Positions 19,540 through 28,486 of a DNA stretch of 64,000 nucleotides are shown here, in pieces. The stretch covers positions 64,001-128,000 of the forward strand of contig CBDATQ010000002.1 in NCBI GenBank assembly GCA_965199955.1. Direction: 5' to 3'. The DNA is from Spirochaetia bacterium (GTDB taxonomy: Bacteria > Spirochaetota > Spirochaetia > SZUA-6 > Bin103). The translations under genes were made by a program, and so were the position numbers. The notes below the pieces were generated by a model. The model had not been told where the DNA came from and ran no database searches. It worked only from the letters and a program-made list of their open reading frames with translations. The first letter of the stretch is position 1. The number at the start of each line of letters is the position of its first letter.

Positions 19540-19747
19540 CGGCCACCAGGAGATCCTTCGCCTGCTCCAGCACTGCTATCGCATGATTGCGTGTGACGGT
19601 AGGGAAGTCTTCGAGGAACTCCGCGAGCGGACGACCCGCCTCCAGATAGTCGAGCAATGTCCGAACAGGGACCCGTGTCCCCACAAAGACCGTGGCTCCA
19701 CCGGGAATCTCGGGGTCGCTGTGAATGACACTCTGTTCCTGCCCCAC
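19529..19747 (-). CDS. DUF433 domain protein (VapB45-like antitoxin), orphan
   Basis: IHSDPEIPGGATVFVGTRVPVRTLLDYLEAG..L.EFLEDFPTV. GGAGG precedes GTG 19747. Confidence 0.88.
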   Translation of the reverse strand: MGQEQSVIHSDPEIPGGATVFVGTRVPVRTLLDYLEAGRPLAEFLEDFPTVTRNHAIAVLEQAKDLLVADER

Positions 19748-19788
19748 CGGGCACCTCCGTCTTCCGTCGTTTACCATATCATGGAGGT

Positions 19789-20901
19789 ATGGCCCCACGG
19801 ATCGAGATCGTCGCCACTGGCATCATCTCCCGCAGCGCCGAGCACGGCGCGTTCATGCCCGTGATCACGCCGCTCGCGGATGGCACGCTGATCGCCGCCC
19901 AGCACGTGGGGGAGTCGCTGGGCTCCTCCGACAACCACATCGAGGTGCTGCGCTCCGCGGACGGCGGGCGCACGTGGATCAACCAGGGCGGCATCCATCC
20001 CCGCAACCCGCCGCGCGACGGGTACACCTACCGCGGGCCGCACATCCACACCGTGCCCGACGGCAGGCTGGTGATGACCGCCGGCCGCTTCGAGGCCACC
20101 GATGACGACCTCTTCGACGCGGACACCGAGTCGCTGCAGCGCCCGGCGATGCTCCTGTTCTGGTCCTCCGATCTGGGCCGCACCTGGACGCAACCGCAGG
20201 TCGTGCCGGTCGACTTCCCGACGGACTGCTACACCTGCAACGGAGCGGGTGGCATGTTCCAGTTGGCGCCCGACCGCTGGATGTACCCGTTCGAGACGTG
20301 GAAGCCGAGCGGCTACGAGGGCCCGCCCGACCAGAAGGCGGGCGCGGTGTTCTCGGCGGACCAGGGGCGCACCTGGGGCGAGCTGACCATCATCGCCGAC
20401 GACCCGAGCGGCGAGCTGCTGTGGTGGGACCAGCGATCCTGCGTCCTTCCCGACGGCCGCATCTACACGCTGTTCTGGACGCACGTGTATGGCACGTCCG
20501 AGGACCTCAACACCCACTGGGCGATCTCGGAGGATCAGGGCCGCACGTGGTCCGACCCGCGCCCCACCACGCTGCGCGGGCAGGTGAGCACCCCCATCGC
20601 ACTGTCCGACGGGCGCGTCGCCACCATCTACAACCACCGGCACGAGCCGCAGGGCATCCGCGTCGCCCTCACCGCCGACCTGACCAACTACGACGCGGAC
20701 ACGGAGATCGTCCTGTTCGACGCGGGCGCCGAGGCCACGCTCGGCACGCCCGACAGCGACAACTTCCTGGCCGAGCACATGCTGATCGCCTTCGGCAGAC
20801 CGGACGGCAGGCTGTTCCCGGACGGCGACCTGATGACCTGCTACTGGTGCACGACCGAGGGGGTGACCCATACCCGGTGGGCCCGGCTGCGCGTGCGCTG
20901 A
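19789..20901 (+). CDS. Asp-box (BNR) sialidase-like protein
   Basis: Four Asp-boxes (SADGGRTW, SSDLGRTW, SADQGRTW, SEDQGRTW); no signal peptide. Confidence 0.85.
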   Translation: MAPRIEIVATGIISRSAEHGAFMPVITPLADGTLIAAQHVGESLGSSDNHIEVLRSADGGRTWINQGGIHPRNPPRDGYTYRGPHIHTVPDGRLVMTAGRFEATDDDLFDADTESLQRPAMLLFWSSDLGRTWTQPQVVPVDFPTDCYTCNGAGGMFQLAPDRWMYPFETWKPSGYEGPPDQKAGAVFSADQGRTWGELTIIADDPSGELLWWDQRSCVLPDGRIYTLFWTHVYGTSEDLNTHWAISEDQGRTWSDPRPTTLRGQVSTPIALSDGRVATIYNHRHEPQGIRVALTADLTNYDADTEIVLFDAGAEATLGTPDSDNFLAEHMLIAFGRPDGRLFPDGDLMTCYWCTTEGVTHTRWARLRVR

Positions 20902-20920
20902 CGCGTGATAGACTCCGGCG

Positions 20921-21706
20921 ATGTCCTTCGAGTTGACCGAGGCGCAGCGCGAGTTTTTCGCCACGTTCGGCTTCCTGCACCTGCCGGGGCTGTTCGCGGA
21001 GGAGTCCACGCGGATCGAGGACGCTTTCGAGGAGCTCATCCGCAGCCGCGGCGGCGACTGCCATGAGGGCCGCGAGCGGCTCTCGGTGGCGCCGTTCCTG
21101 AATCACAGCGAGTACCTGTGCAGCCTGCTGGACGACGAGCGCCTGCACGGCGTCGCCCGCGCGGTGTGCGGTGACGACTACCAGTACTGGAACAGCGACG
21201 GCAACTACTACGTGGGCGACACCCGCTGGCACTCCGACGGAACGCTGTCCAACCCGATGGGCTTCGTGAAGCTGGCGCTTTATCTCGATCCGGTGGATGC
21301 CCACAGCGGCGCCCTGCGGGTGATACCGGGGAGCCATCGCGAAGGCGAGCCGTATGCGGAGATGATCGACGAGCAGATTCGCGGTGAGCGGTTCTGGGGC
21401 GGATTGCCGGGCGACAGGATCCCGGCCGTCGCCCTTTCCAGCCGGCCCGGCGACCTGGTGCTGTTCACCCAGTCCCTGAAGCACGGCGCGTGGGGCGGCG
21501 GCACCCGGCGCCGAATGTTCACGATCAACTACACCCGCCCGATAACCCCCGGGGTCCTCGGGCGGTACCGCGACGTGATCGCCAGCCACGGCTACAGCAA
21601 GGCGGACGTGTTCGGCGATCCCCCCGGCCCACTGCTGACGGGGGCGCCGGTTCGCCGGCTGGACCACCTGAGCGCGCTCCGGGAGCACATCCCCGACGCC
21701 GCCTGA
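20921..21706 (+). CDS. PhyH family Fe(II)/2OG dioxygenase
   Basis: FFATFGFLHLPGLF, WHSD, GALRVIPGSH and PGDLVLF...LKHGAWGG..RRM. Confidence 0.9.
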   Translation: MSFELTEAQREFFATFGFLHLPGLFAEESTRIEDAFEELIRSRGGDCHEGRERLSVAPFLNHSEYLCSLLDDERLHGVARAVCGDDYQYWNSDGNYYVGDTRWHSDGTLSNPMGFVKLALYLDPVDAHSGALRVIPGSHREGEPYAEMIDEQIRGERFWGGLPGDRIPAVALSSRPGDLVLFTQSLKHGAWGGGTRRRMFTINYTRPITPGVLGRYRDVIASHGYSKADVFGDPPGPLLTGAPVRRLDHLSALREHIPDAA

Positions 21707-21729
21707 CCGGCCGCCAGGAGGAACCGCAC

Positions 21730-21860
21730 GTGGCCGACAGACAGCCGTTCAGCGAAGTCGCCGGCAAGTTCGCCGTGGTGACCGGGGGCCGCCCGCGGTC
21801 TGGGACAGGGCACGGCCGAGACGCTTGCCGCGCACGGCATCGGCATCACCCACTGGGGCA
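21730..21860 (+). pseudogene. N-terminal remnant of a short-chain dehydrogenase/reductase
   Basis: AGGAGG RBS and GTG 21730 give GKFAVVTG. Removing one G from the G5 run at 21784-21788 gives AARGLGQGTAETLAAHG (TGxxxGxG motif). Confidence 0.65.
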
Positions 21861-21926
21861 AGCCATCCGTCCGGCAGGATCGCTGGACGCCCTGCAGACT
21901 CTGGTATGGGCGGAACTCTGGCAGAC

Positions 21927-22050
21927 GTGACCATCTCCCTGTACTACAACCCGAAATGCCCTGATTGCGTGCGTCAGGCGGCCCGGACGGCTCGCCTGGA
22001 CTGGTTGGGTCGAGTCGAGTTGCGGACGGACGCATCGACTATCGAGGCGG
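21927..22050 (+). pseudogene. N-terminal remnant of a DCC/DUF393-like thiol-disulfide oxidoreductase
   Basis: MTISLYYNPKCPDCVRQAARTARLDWLGRVEL contains a CxxC motif; it then runs into the convergent HTH gene. Confidence 0.5.
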
Positions 22051-22072
22051 ATGCCCGGCTCGGCCGAGTCTG

Positions 22073-22390
22073 TCAGGCGACCGCCCCGAGCCCCTTCTTC
22101 GCGACCAACGTCAGGAGCTTCAGCGAAGCGCCGCGCGGCCGCTTCACGCCACGCTCCCACTGGCTTACCAGGCCTGTCGTCACGTTGAGGTAGCGGGCGA
22201 ACACCGCTTGGCTCGCATTCTCCCGTAGCCGGATCTCTCGGATTCTCTCCGGTGCCATCTCCTCGACCGGCGTCAGGCACATCTCGTCGAAAACCCTCAT
22301 GGTTCGAGTCACCATGACGCCCGCCTCCGTCAGACCCAGCGCCGTCTCGTGAGCCGCCGCTAACGCGTCGCTCTTGTATTGCTTGGCCAT
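22073..22390 (-). CDS. XRE-family HTH regulator / putative type II antitoxin (HigA/YiaG-like)
   Basis: YKSDALAAAHETALGL, TMRVFDEMCL and IREIRLRENASQAVFARYLNVTTGLVSQWERGVKRPRGASLKLL. Confidence 0.9.
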   Translation of the reverse strand: MAKQYKSDALAAAHETALGLTEAGVMVTRTMRVFDEMCLTPVEEMAPERIREIRLRENASQAVFARYLNVTTGLVSQWERGVKRPRGASLKLLTLVAKKGLGAVA

Positions 22391-22450
22391 GGCATATCAC
22401 CTCGGTTATCGTCCCGTTCGAAAGCACCGCCCGCAGGCCGGCCTCATAGG
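22383..22450 (-). pseudogene. C-terminal remnant of a RelE-family toxin
   Basis: YEAGLRAVLSNGTITEVICHG overlaps the antitoxin start, as toxin tails do in this TA family. An in-frame stop lies just upstream. Confidence 0.55.
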
Positions 22451-22577
22451 TGCGACATCAGTCAATCGGCGGTCCGGAGCGACAAATCGGCGCGCCTTCG
22501 GCGCAGCCGTGCTCCCGATCCGAGCGATCGCCGGGCGAGGCAAACCGGGCTGCAACGGAGACGCGTGCGAGATCTGA

Positions 22578-22623
22578 AGCGTCGCGTGCGTCAGTCCCAG
22601 CGTCGCGTGCGTCAGTCCCAGCG
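22578..22623. repeat. 21-bp tandem duplication including the stop codon of the adjacent gene
   Basis: AGCGTCGCGTGCGTCAGTCCC twice, followed by AGCG. Confidence 0.92.
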
Positions 22624-23745
22624 GAGGTGGACGGCGTAGGCGCGGTGCCCGGTCGCGGAGCCCCGCCGGAAGTGGCCGAACACGTACATCGCCTCGGAAT
22701 CGCCGACGGGGACGAAGGTGCCGTTCATGGCGTTGTAGTAGTTGTCGAACGGCTCGTCGTCAGGGGTGCGGTCGAACAGGAGGTCCGTGCTCCAGGTGCG
22801 GCCCAGGTCGAAGCTGCGCGCAATGTGCATCCCGCAGAACGAGTGGCCGCGGTGGCGGCTCCAGTGCGAAGGCAGGCGGGCCGGCAGGACCAGGGAGCCG
22901 TCGGGCAGCGCCAGGCCGTCGGTCGGCGCTCCGGTTCCGGACAGGTCGGTCGGCTCCGGGGTCGACCACGTCTCGCCGCGGTCACGGGACTCCGCGCGGA
23001 AGAACAGGCAGTCGCTGGAGCGCGGATTGGTGCCGGGGATGCCGCCCAGATGGTCGCGGCCGCGGATGACCGAGACCAGCGTGCCGCCCCCGGCGGAGAA
23101 CAGGGTCTGCTCGTTGTAGCCGGCCATCACCTCCGGGTCCTTGCGGACCGCCGGATCCGGCTCGTAGCCGACCTGCCGGTAACGGAGCGTGTGGCCGCCG
23201 TCGTCCGAGAGGAGCACCCCGCACTGCCAGTTGTCGCCGCGCACAGCCGAACCCCACATCGTGAACACCAGCCGCCCGTCCGGCAGGGCGATGCCGGGCG
23301 CGATGAACTGCTCGGTGAGGAAGGTGCCGGCGGCGATCCGGTTCCAGGAGAACTCGTCCGCATCCGGCGCACGGTGCCCGATGAGGATGTCGCTGGGCCG
23401 ATAGAGCCCGCGCCCGCCGAGGGAGCGGTCGAAGCCCCTGGGCAGGTAGATGCCGGCGGCGACCACGGTGCCGTCGTCCAATACGTGCGCGGGGGCGACG
23501 CCCTGGAACTCGGTCTCGGGATCTTCGAGCGGCGGCCCGAACGGAAGCGGCTCCGTCCAGGTGGCGCCCAGATCGTCGCTCTGGGTGAGCAGCGAGGAGA
23601 TGCCTTGCTCCGCGTCGCTCGCTCGCTGCACGGTCATCACCAGCCGGCCGCGGCTCTTGACGAGCGAGCAGCCGCTGGCCGGATATCGGTCGTCGTCGAA
23701 CAGGACCCGGTAGTCGGTTACCTGGAGGTCGCAACGATCGGTCAT
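22612..23745 (-). CDS. Asp-box (BNR) sialidase-like protein
   Basis: Asp-boxes SDDLGATW, SDDGGHTL, SRDRGETW and SFDLGRTW; no signal peptide. Confidence 0.85.
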   Translation of the reverse strand: MTDRCDLQVTDYRVLFDDDRYPASGCSLVKSRGRLVMTVQRASDAEQGISSLLTQSDDLGATWTEPLPFGPPLEDPETEFQGVAPAHVLDDGTVVAAGIYLPRGFDRSLGGRGLYRPSDILIGHRAPDADEFSWNRIAAGTFLTEQFIAPGIALPDGRLVFTMWGSAVRGDNWQCGVLLSDDGGHTLRYRQVGYEPDPAVRKDPEVMAGYNEQTLFSAGGGTLVSVIRGRDHLGGIPGTNPRSSDCLFFRAESRDRGETWSTPEPTDLSGTGAPTDGLALPDGSLVLPARLPSHWSRHRGHSFCGMHIARSFDLGRTWSTDLLFDRTPDDEPFDNYYNAMNGTFVPVGDSEAMYVFGHFRRGSATGHRAYAVHLRWD

Positions 23746-23879
23746 GACGGAGTCACGGTATCATTTTCTCCGGAAGGCACCGTTCAGCCGTGCGCGCGTG
23801 CCGATGATGGTGGTGTGCCCGGCACAAAAGCCTCAAATTCCCGGGATCGGCACCGATGGGTTTCGCCTGACGGCATCGT

Positions 23880-24893
23880 TCATCCGGCCACCGCCTCGAA
23901 GACGCGCATGAAATTGCCGCCTGCGATCTTCTCGATGGTCCCGTGTTCGTAGCCGCGGGCCCGCAACCCCGCCATGAGGTGGCCTACCTCACTGATGTCA
24001 CCGACGCCGGCCGGCCGCGCCTCGACCTGACCGAGAAAGTCGGTGCCGAACCCGACGTGATCCGGTCCCACCAGCGCCACCATGTGATCGATGTGGTCGA
24101 GCAGCAGCTCGAGAGCGGCCGTTTCGGGGGTTGGCCCGAGCGGGGTCGGGCTGGGACAGATGAGGCCGCCGGTCGCGGCGATGGCGCGGAGTTGATCATC
24201 GTCGAAATAGCGGGGCGTATCGCGCAACGCCCGCGCGTTGCCGTGAGTCGCAACGACGGGGGCGGTGGTGATCGCCAGCGTGTCCCGGAACGTGGCCGCT
24301 TCCATGTGCGTCACGTCGACCAGCATGCCGAGCCGGTTCATCTCGCCCACGACCGCGTGCCCTGCCGGCGTGAGGCCGCCGGGGCCGTCGATGTGGCTGT
24401 CATGGACGCGCATCTCCGGACCGTTCCAGACCTGTGTTGCCGTCCCCAGGGCATTGCGCCCTTCGTGCACCAGGCCGACGTGCCGCAGGCCGAGTCGGTG
24501 CAGCGTGCGCAGGAGGCTGACGTCGCCCTTGAGTGCATCACCGCCCTCCAGGCCGAGTATGAGGGCGACCTTGCCGTCCGCCCGGGCCGCCTCGATATCG
24601 CCGGCGCAAACCGCCAGCGTGACATGATCGCCTGCCGGACCGTTCAGCTCGTGATGCAGGTAGTCGACCATCTGCAACAGTTTCCGCAGCGGCTGCCGGC
24701 TGGCATGCGGCCCGCCGGTCGCGGCGTCCGGCACCCAGCAGGCGGTGAGCTGCGCGGCCACGCCGCCGGCGCGCATCATCGGCACATCGGTGAGCCCGCC
24801 CAGCGCCTCGTGCAGGTGCCGTTGTGTGTCGAAAGCCTGGTCCAGCGTGTGGCCGTGGGCGTCGATGACAGGTGGTTCGGTCGCGTGTGTCAT
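23880..24893 (-). CDS. Membrane dipeptidase (peptidase M19) family protein
   Basis: VIDAHGH, LGLEGG, EMNRLGMLVDVTH, ATHGN and DHIDH...GPDHVGFGTDF. Confidence 0.9.
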   Translation of the reverse strand: MTHATEPPVIDAHGHTLDQAFDTQRHLHEALGGLTDVPMMRAGGVAAQLTACWVPDAATGGPHASRQPLRKLLQMVDYLHHELNGPAGDHVTLAVCAGDIEAARADGKVALILGLEGGDALKGDVSLLRTLHRLGLRHVGLVHEGRNALGTATQVWNGPEMRVHDSHIDGPGGLTPAGHAVVGEMNRLGMLVDVTHMEAATFRDTLAITTAPVVATHGNARALRDTPRYFDDDQLRAIAATGGLICPSPTPLGPTPETAALELLLDHIDHMVALVGPDHVGFGTDFLGQVEARPAGVGDISEVGHLMAGLRARGYEHGTIEKIAGGNFMRVFEAVAG

Positions 24894-24982
24894 GTCCTCA
24901 GCATCTTCCTCGGCACGCTGCGGATCGCATGATAACGTGTTCGGTTCCGGGTCAAGACCGGAGAGGAGTATGGAAGCAGGAA

Positions 24983-26167
24983 ATGACGACCCGATCAGGA
25001 GCTGACACCGCTACGTTCGACGGTTCGAGTGTGCCGATCGAGGTCATGCCGGGCCTCGAGTACTCCGTCGTCCGACGAGTGGACGACTCCTGTCCGCGCA
25101 ATGACATGGGGTCGGTGACCCGTCTCACCGACGGTCGCCTGCTGGTCGCCTGGCAGAAATACACGAGCAGCGATTACGGCAGCCAGGATTACGGCGAGAT
25201 CGAGATTGCGTCCCGTCTCTCCCATGACGACGGGCGGAGCTGGCAAGATGAGCGAGTCCTGGTGCGGCCTCATCTGGAAACCGATTTCAACGTGCAGGCG
25301 CCGGCCTTGCGAAGGCTGGCCTCCGGGGATCTGTTGCTGATGTGCCTGCGCGCTCACCGGGGCGGCACGGAGACGCATCCGGAAAGCTCCAGCAGCACGA
25401 TGGAGTTGTTCCGTTCGAAGGACGACGGGGATACATTCGAGTCGTTCGGCTGCCTCTGGCGGCGCACCGAGGGGAACTGGATGCAGGGTGGCGTGACGAG
25501 CTTGCTGCAGTTGCGGTCCGGGCGGCTGCTCGTGCCGTTCGAATTCGGGACCGGAGGACAGTTCACGCAGCACTACCGGATCTCCTGCATGCTCTCCGAC
25601 GACGAGGGTACGAGCTGGCAGCGGGCGACGGGTGTGATCGATCTGCCGATGCGCGGAGCGATCGAGCCGTCGGTTGCGGAGCTCCCGGACGGGGACCTGG
25701 TGATGTCGATTCGAACGCAGTTGGGCTCCGTCTTCCTGTCGCACTCGTCGGACCAGGGAGAGACCTGGTCGCTGCCGCAGACGAGCGGGCTGCGCGCGCC
25801 CGAAACCGCGAGCTGCCTCCGGTGCCTTCCGGGGACCGACCATCTGCTGCTGCTCTGGGTCAACTCGCCGTACGACCCCAGACACCACCACTACGGCGTG
25901 CGCACGCCGCTGTGTCTGGGGTTCTCACGCGATCGGGGGCGAAGCTGGACGAACCTCGGCGTGTTGGCGCATCGAGAGGAGTTCAACTTCTTCGATATGG
26001 GAATGGACTTCGTCGATGACGATACCGCGATCGTCACGTACGGCGCCGCCGGCCCGAACAGGAAAGAGGGGTCGCCGTGGCTCAACCTGGAGGTCATGGA
26101 CCTGCATGCGATACGTGTCACGCGCGACTGGCTCGTCGAGCGCGTGAAGCGGGTCGAGGGCGCCTGA
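24983..26167 (+). CDS. Asp-box (BNR_2) sialidase-like protein
   Basis: PRNDMG motif and Asp-boxes SHDDGRSW, SKDDGDTF, SDDEGTSW, SSDQGETW and SRDRGRSW. Start uncertain. Confidence 0.85.
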   Translation: MTTRSGADTATFDGSSVPIEVMPGLEYSVVRRVDDSCPRNDMGSVTRLTDGRLLVAWQKYTSSDYGSQDYGEIEIASRLSHDDGRSWQDERVLVRPHLETDFNVQAPALRRLASGDLLLMCLRAHRGGTETHPESSSSTMELFRSKDDGDTFESFGCLWRRTEGNWMQGGVTSLLQLRSGRLLVPFEFGTGGQFTQHYRISCMLSDDEGTSWQRATGVIDLPMRGAIEPSVAELPDGDLVMSIRTQLGSVFLSHSSDQGETWSLPQTSGLRAPETASCLRCLPGTDHLLLLWVNSPYDPRHHHYGVRTPLCLGFSRDRGRSWTNLGVLAHREEFNFFDMGMDFVDDDTAIVTYGAAGPNRKEGSPWLNLEVMDLHAIRVTRDWLVERVKRVEGA

Positions 26168-26173
26168 GCCGCA

Positions 26174-26560
26174 TTGACCGCCGCGGTCTACGCTCCGCAC
26201 GGGCCCATCGCGCTCGCAGACTGCTCGTTGGCCTGCCTCGGGCGCGGCCTGGACGAACGAGGCACGCCGTTCCTCGGGCTGGCAAGGTCCGACGATGGCG
26301 GCACATCGTGGGAATTGATCTGGCGGCACACGCTGGCGGACGTGACCTTGGCAGAAACGGCCGACGGCCGCCTGGTCGTGTCCGAAGATCGGGGCCGAAG
26401 CTGGCACCACCGCTCCACGGTCTTCGTGTCGGACCGGGAGCGAGGGGTGGAAGTGGCCGGCGAGCCGAGCATCACCGAACGCGACGCCGGCTGGGGCCTG
26501 CACAAGGCGATCAAGGTCCGCGAGATTCGGGCCACGCCCCGCGCTGTCGCGCCAACTGAC
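26174..26560 (+). pseudogene. Degraded Asp-box protein remnant
   Basis: Two Asp-boxes (SDDGGTSW, SEDRGRSW) in an ORF too short for a propeller, with a weak TTG start. Confidence 0.5.
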
Positions 26561-26682
26561 TCGCTTCCATCGGCTCGGCGCGATCCCGGGAGCCTGCCGC
26601 GGCATGTCGGCAGGCTTGCTGCCGTGTCAACGAGGAAGTCCTTGTCCAGCCACGGTTCACCTCGCCCACGGTATCATGGGCT

Positions 26683-27672
26683 ATGACACGAATTACCGAG
26701 CGCCTGCGGGAGGGGGATCGGCTGCTGCTCGACGGCGGCACGGGCTCGGAGCTGCAGCGGCGCGGCGTCGACGTGCTGCTCGGATCGACCGGCCGGCTCA
26801 AGGCGTGGTCGGCGACCGCCAACCTGGCCGCCGGCGACGTGGTCCGGCAGGTCCACCAGGACTACCTGCGGGTGGGCGCCGACATCATCACCAGCAACAA
26901 CTTCTGGACCAGCCCCGGCCGCCTGGCGACGCTTGATGCCGGCGACGACTGGCGGACCTACGCCGAGGCGGCCGCGCGCAACGCGCTGGCCGCGCGTGAG
27001 GCCGGCAACAAGCGGGCGCACGTGGCTGGCGGCATCGCGCCGCCGGCGCTGCAGGACCGGGACACCGGGGACCTCGCCTCCGACGTCGCCCGCCTGGGGG
27101 AGAGCGCGTTCGCCGGCGAGATCGGCGACCACGCGCGGCTGCTCGCCGCCGCCGGCGTCGACCTCATCCTGCTGGAGTATCTGGGCTACATCGAGGAGTG
27201 CGCCGCCGCCGTGCGGGCGTGCGCGGACATCGATCTGCCGCTGTTCGTCGGCGTTCGCCACATCGGCGCCGACGGCTCGATGCAGTACGGAGAGTCGCTC
27301 GCCGATCTGGCAGCCGAGATGCAGGGCCTGCCCCGAGCTCCGGACGCCATCCTGCTGATGTGCAGCAACCCGGAGGCGGTCGACGCCGGGCTGCCGATCC
27401 TGCGCGAGGCCACCGACGGCCCGATCGGCTGCTACCCGAACCTGGGCTACAACCCGACCGGGCCGGTCGCGAACCGGCCGGTGCTCACCAACCAGCGCCC
27501 GAGCGTCAGCCCGGACATCCTGCAGAGCGCGGACTATCCGCCGGCCCGACTGGCCGAGTTCGCCCGCCGGTGGCTGGACGCCGGCGCGCAGATCGTCGGC
27601 GGCTGCTGCGCGTCGGGACCGGAGCACATCCTGGCGCTGCGCGCGGTCATCGACGATGCCGCAGCGAGCTGA
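26683..27672 (+). CDS. Homocysteine S-methyltransferase family protein
   Basis: LLLDGGTGSEL, VHQDYLRVGADIITSN, GVDLILLE, and Zn ligands in LMCS and VGGCC. Confidence 0.9.
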   Translation: MTRITERLREGDRLLLDGGTGSELQRRGVDVLLGSTGRLKAWSATANLAAGDVVRQVHQDYLRVGADIITSNNFWTSPGRLATLDAGDDWRTYAEAAARNALAAREAGNKRAHVAGGIAPPALQDRDTGDLASDVARLGESAFAGEIGDHARLLAAAGVDLILLEYLGYIEECAAAVRACADIDLPLFVGVRHIGADGSMQYGESLADLAAEMQGLPRAPDAILLMCSNPEAVDAGLPILREATDGPIGCYPNLGYNPTGPVANRPVLTNQRPSVSPDILQSADYPPARLAEFARRWLDAGAQIVGGCCASGPEHILALRAVIDDAAAS

Positions 27673-27679
27673 CGGAGAG

Positions 27680-28430
27680 GTGGCGGCCATCCGGATCGCG
27701 ACGGTCGACGACGTCCAGGAGGCCGAGAGCGGCATACGCCGGCACGTGTCGGCGGCGCGCATGAAGGTGGAGCTGACGCGGTCATTCGGCGCGGAGATCC
27801 GCACGTACGACATCGCGCGCGACCACGAGACGGGAGAGCGGGACCGGCTGACGCGCGAGATCGCCGACCGGGAGGGAGCGGTCCAGGCCTCGCCGTACGA
27901 CGATGCGGACGTGATCGCCGGCAACGGCGTGGGCGGCCTGGAGATCGTGCGCGAGCTGCGGGCGCAGGGACGCGCGGCTTCCCACCTGTTCTGCCAGGTC
28001 TCGGGCGGCGGCCTCATGGCCGGTCACGCGCTGGTATTCGCGGCCGGCTTTCCGCGGGGCGTGATCGTCGGCGTCGAGCCGCAAGGCGCGGACTTCGGAG
28101 AATCCCTCGATGCGGGGCGGCGCGTGCGCATCGATCGCCCGGCGAGCATCTGTGACGGCCTGCTGTCCTACGACGTCGGCGAGCACAACTGGCCGATCCT
28201 CCGGCAACACGTTGCGCAGGCCGTCGCCGTGCCGGACCGGGAGACGCGCGAAGCGATGCGATGGCTCTACGACCGGCACGGCGTGCGCACCGAGCCTTCC
28301 GGGTGCGATCGCGACGGCGGCGCTCTTGAGCGGGCGCGTCAGCCTTGATGGCGAGGGAGACGTGGTGGTGATCCTCAGCGGACGCAACGCCGACGAGGAT
28401 CAGTTTCGCGCCTGGATCACGCTGGAATAG
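27680..28430 (+). pseudogene. Threonine/serine dehydratase-like PLP enzyme with internal deletion and frameshift
   Basis: SPYDDADVIAGNG, VSGGGL, GVEP and SICDGL are present, but the PLP-lysine segment is missing after IRRHVS. An extra G at 28301-28303 splits EPSG/AIATAALL...VILSGRN. Confidence 0.8.
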
Positions 28431-28486
28431 GCGAGTTGCCGTAACCGCGTCGACGCGCCCGCGCGCCATGCGTAGAGTGCGCGGCC

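Noticed and set aside
23798..23853. Inverted repeat GTGCCGAT/ATCGGCAC as a MITE or REP element
   Set aside because: The arms are only 8 bp, I saw a single copy and no target duplication, so chance or a simple hairpin is as likely.
14761..26167. Assigning nanH/nanA gene symbols to the Asp-box proteins
   Set aside because: Asp-boxes alone do not establish sialidase activity, and no nan catabolic genes are present in the window.
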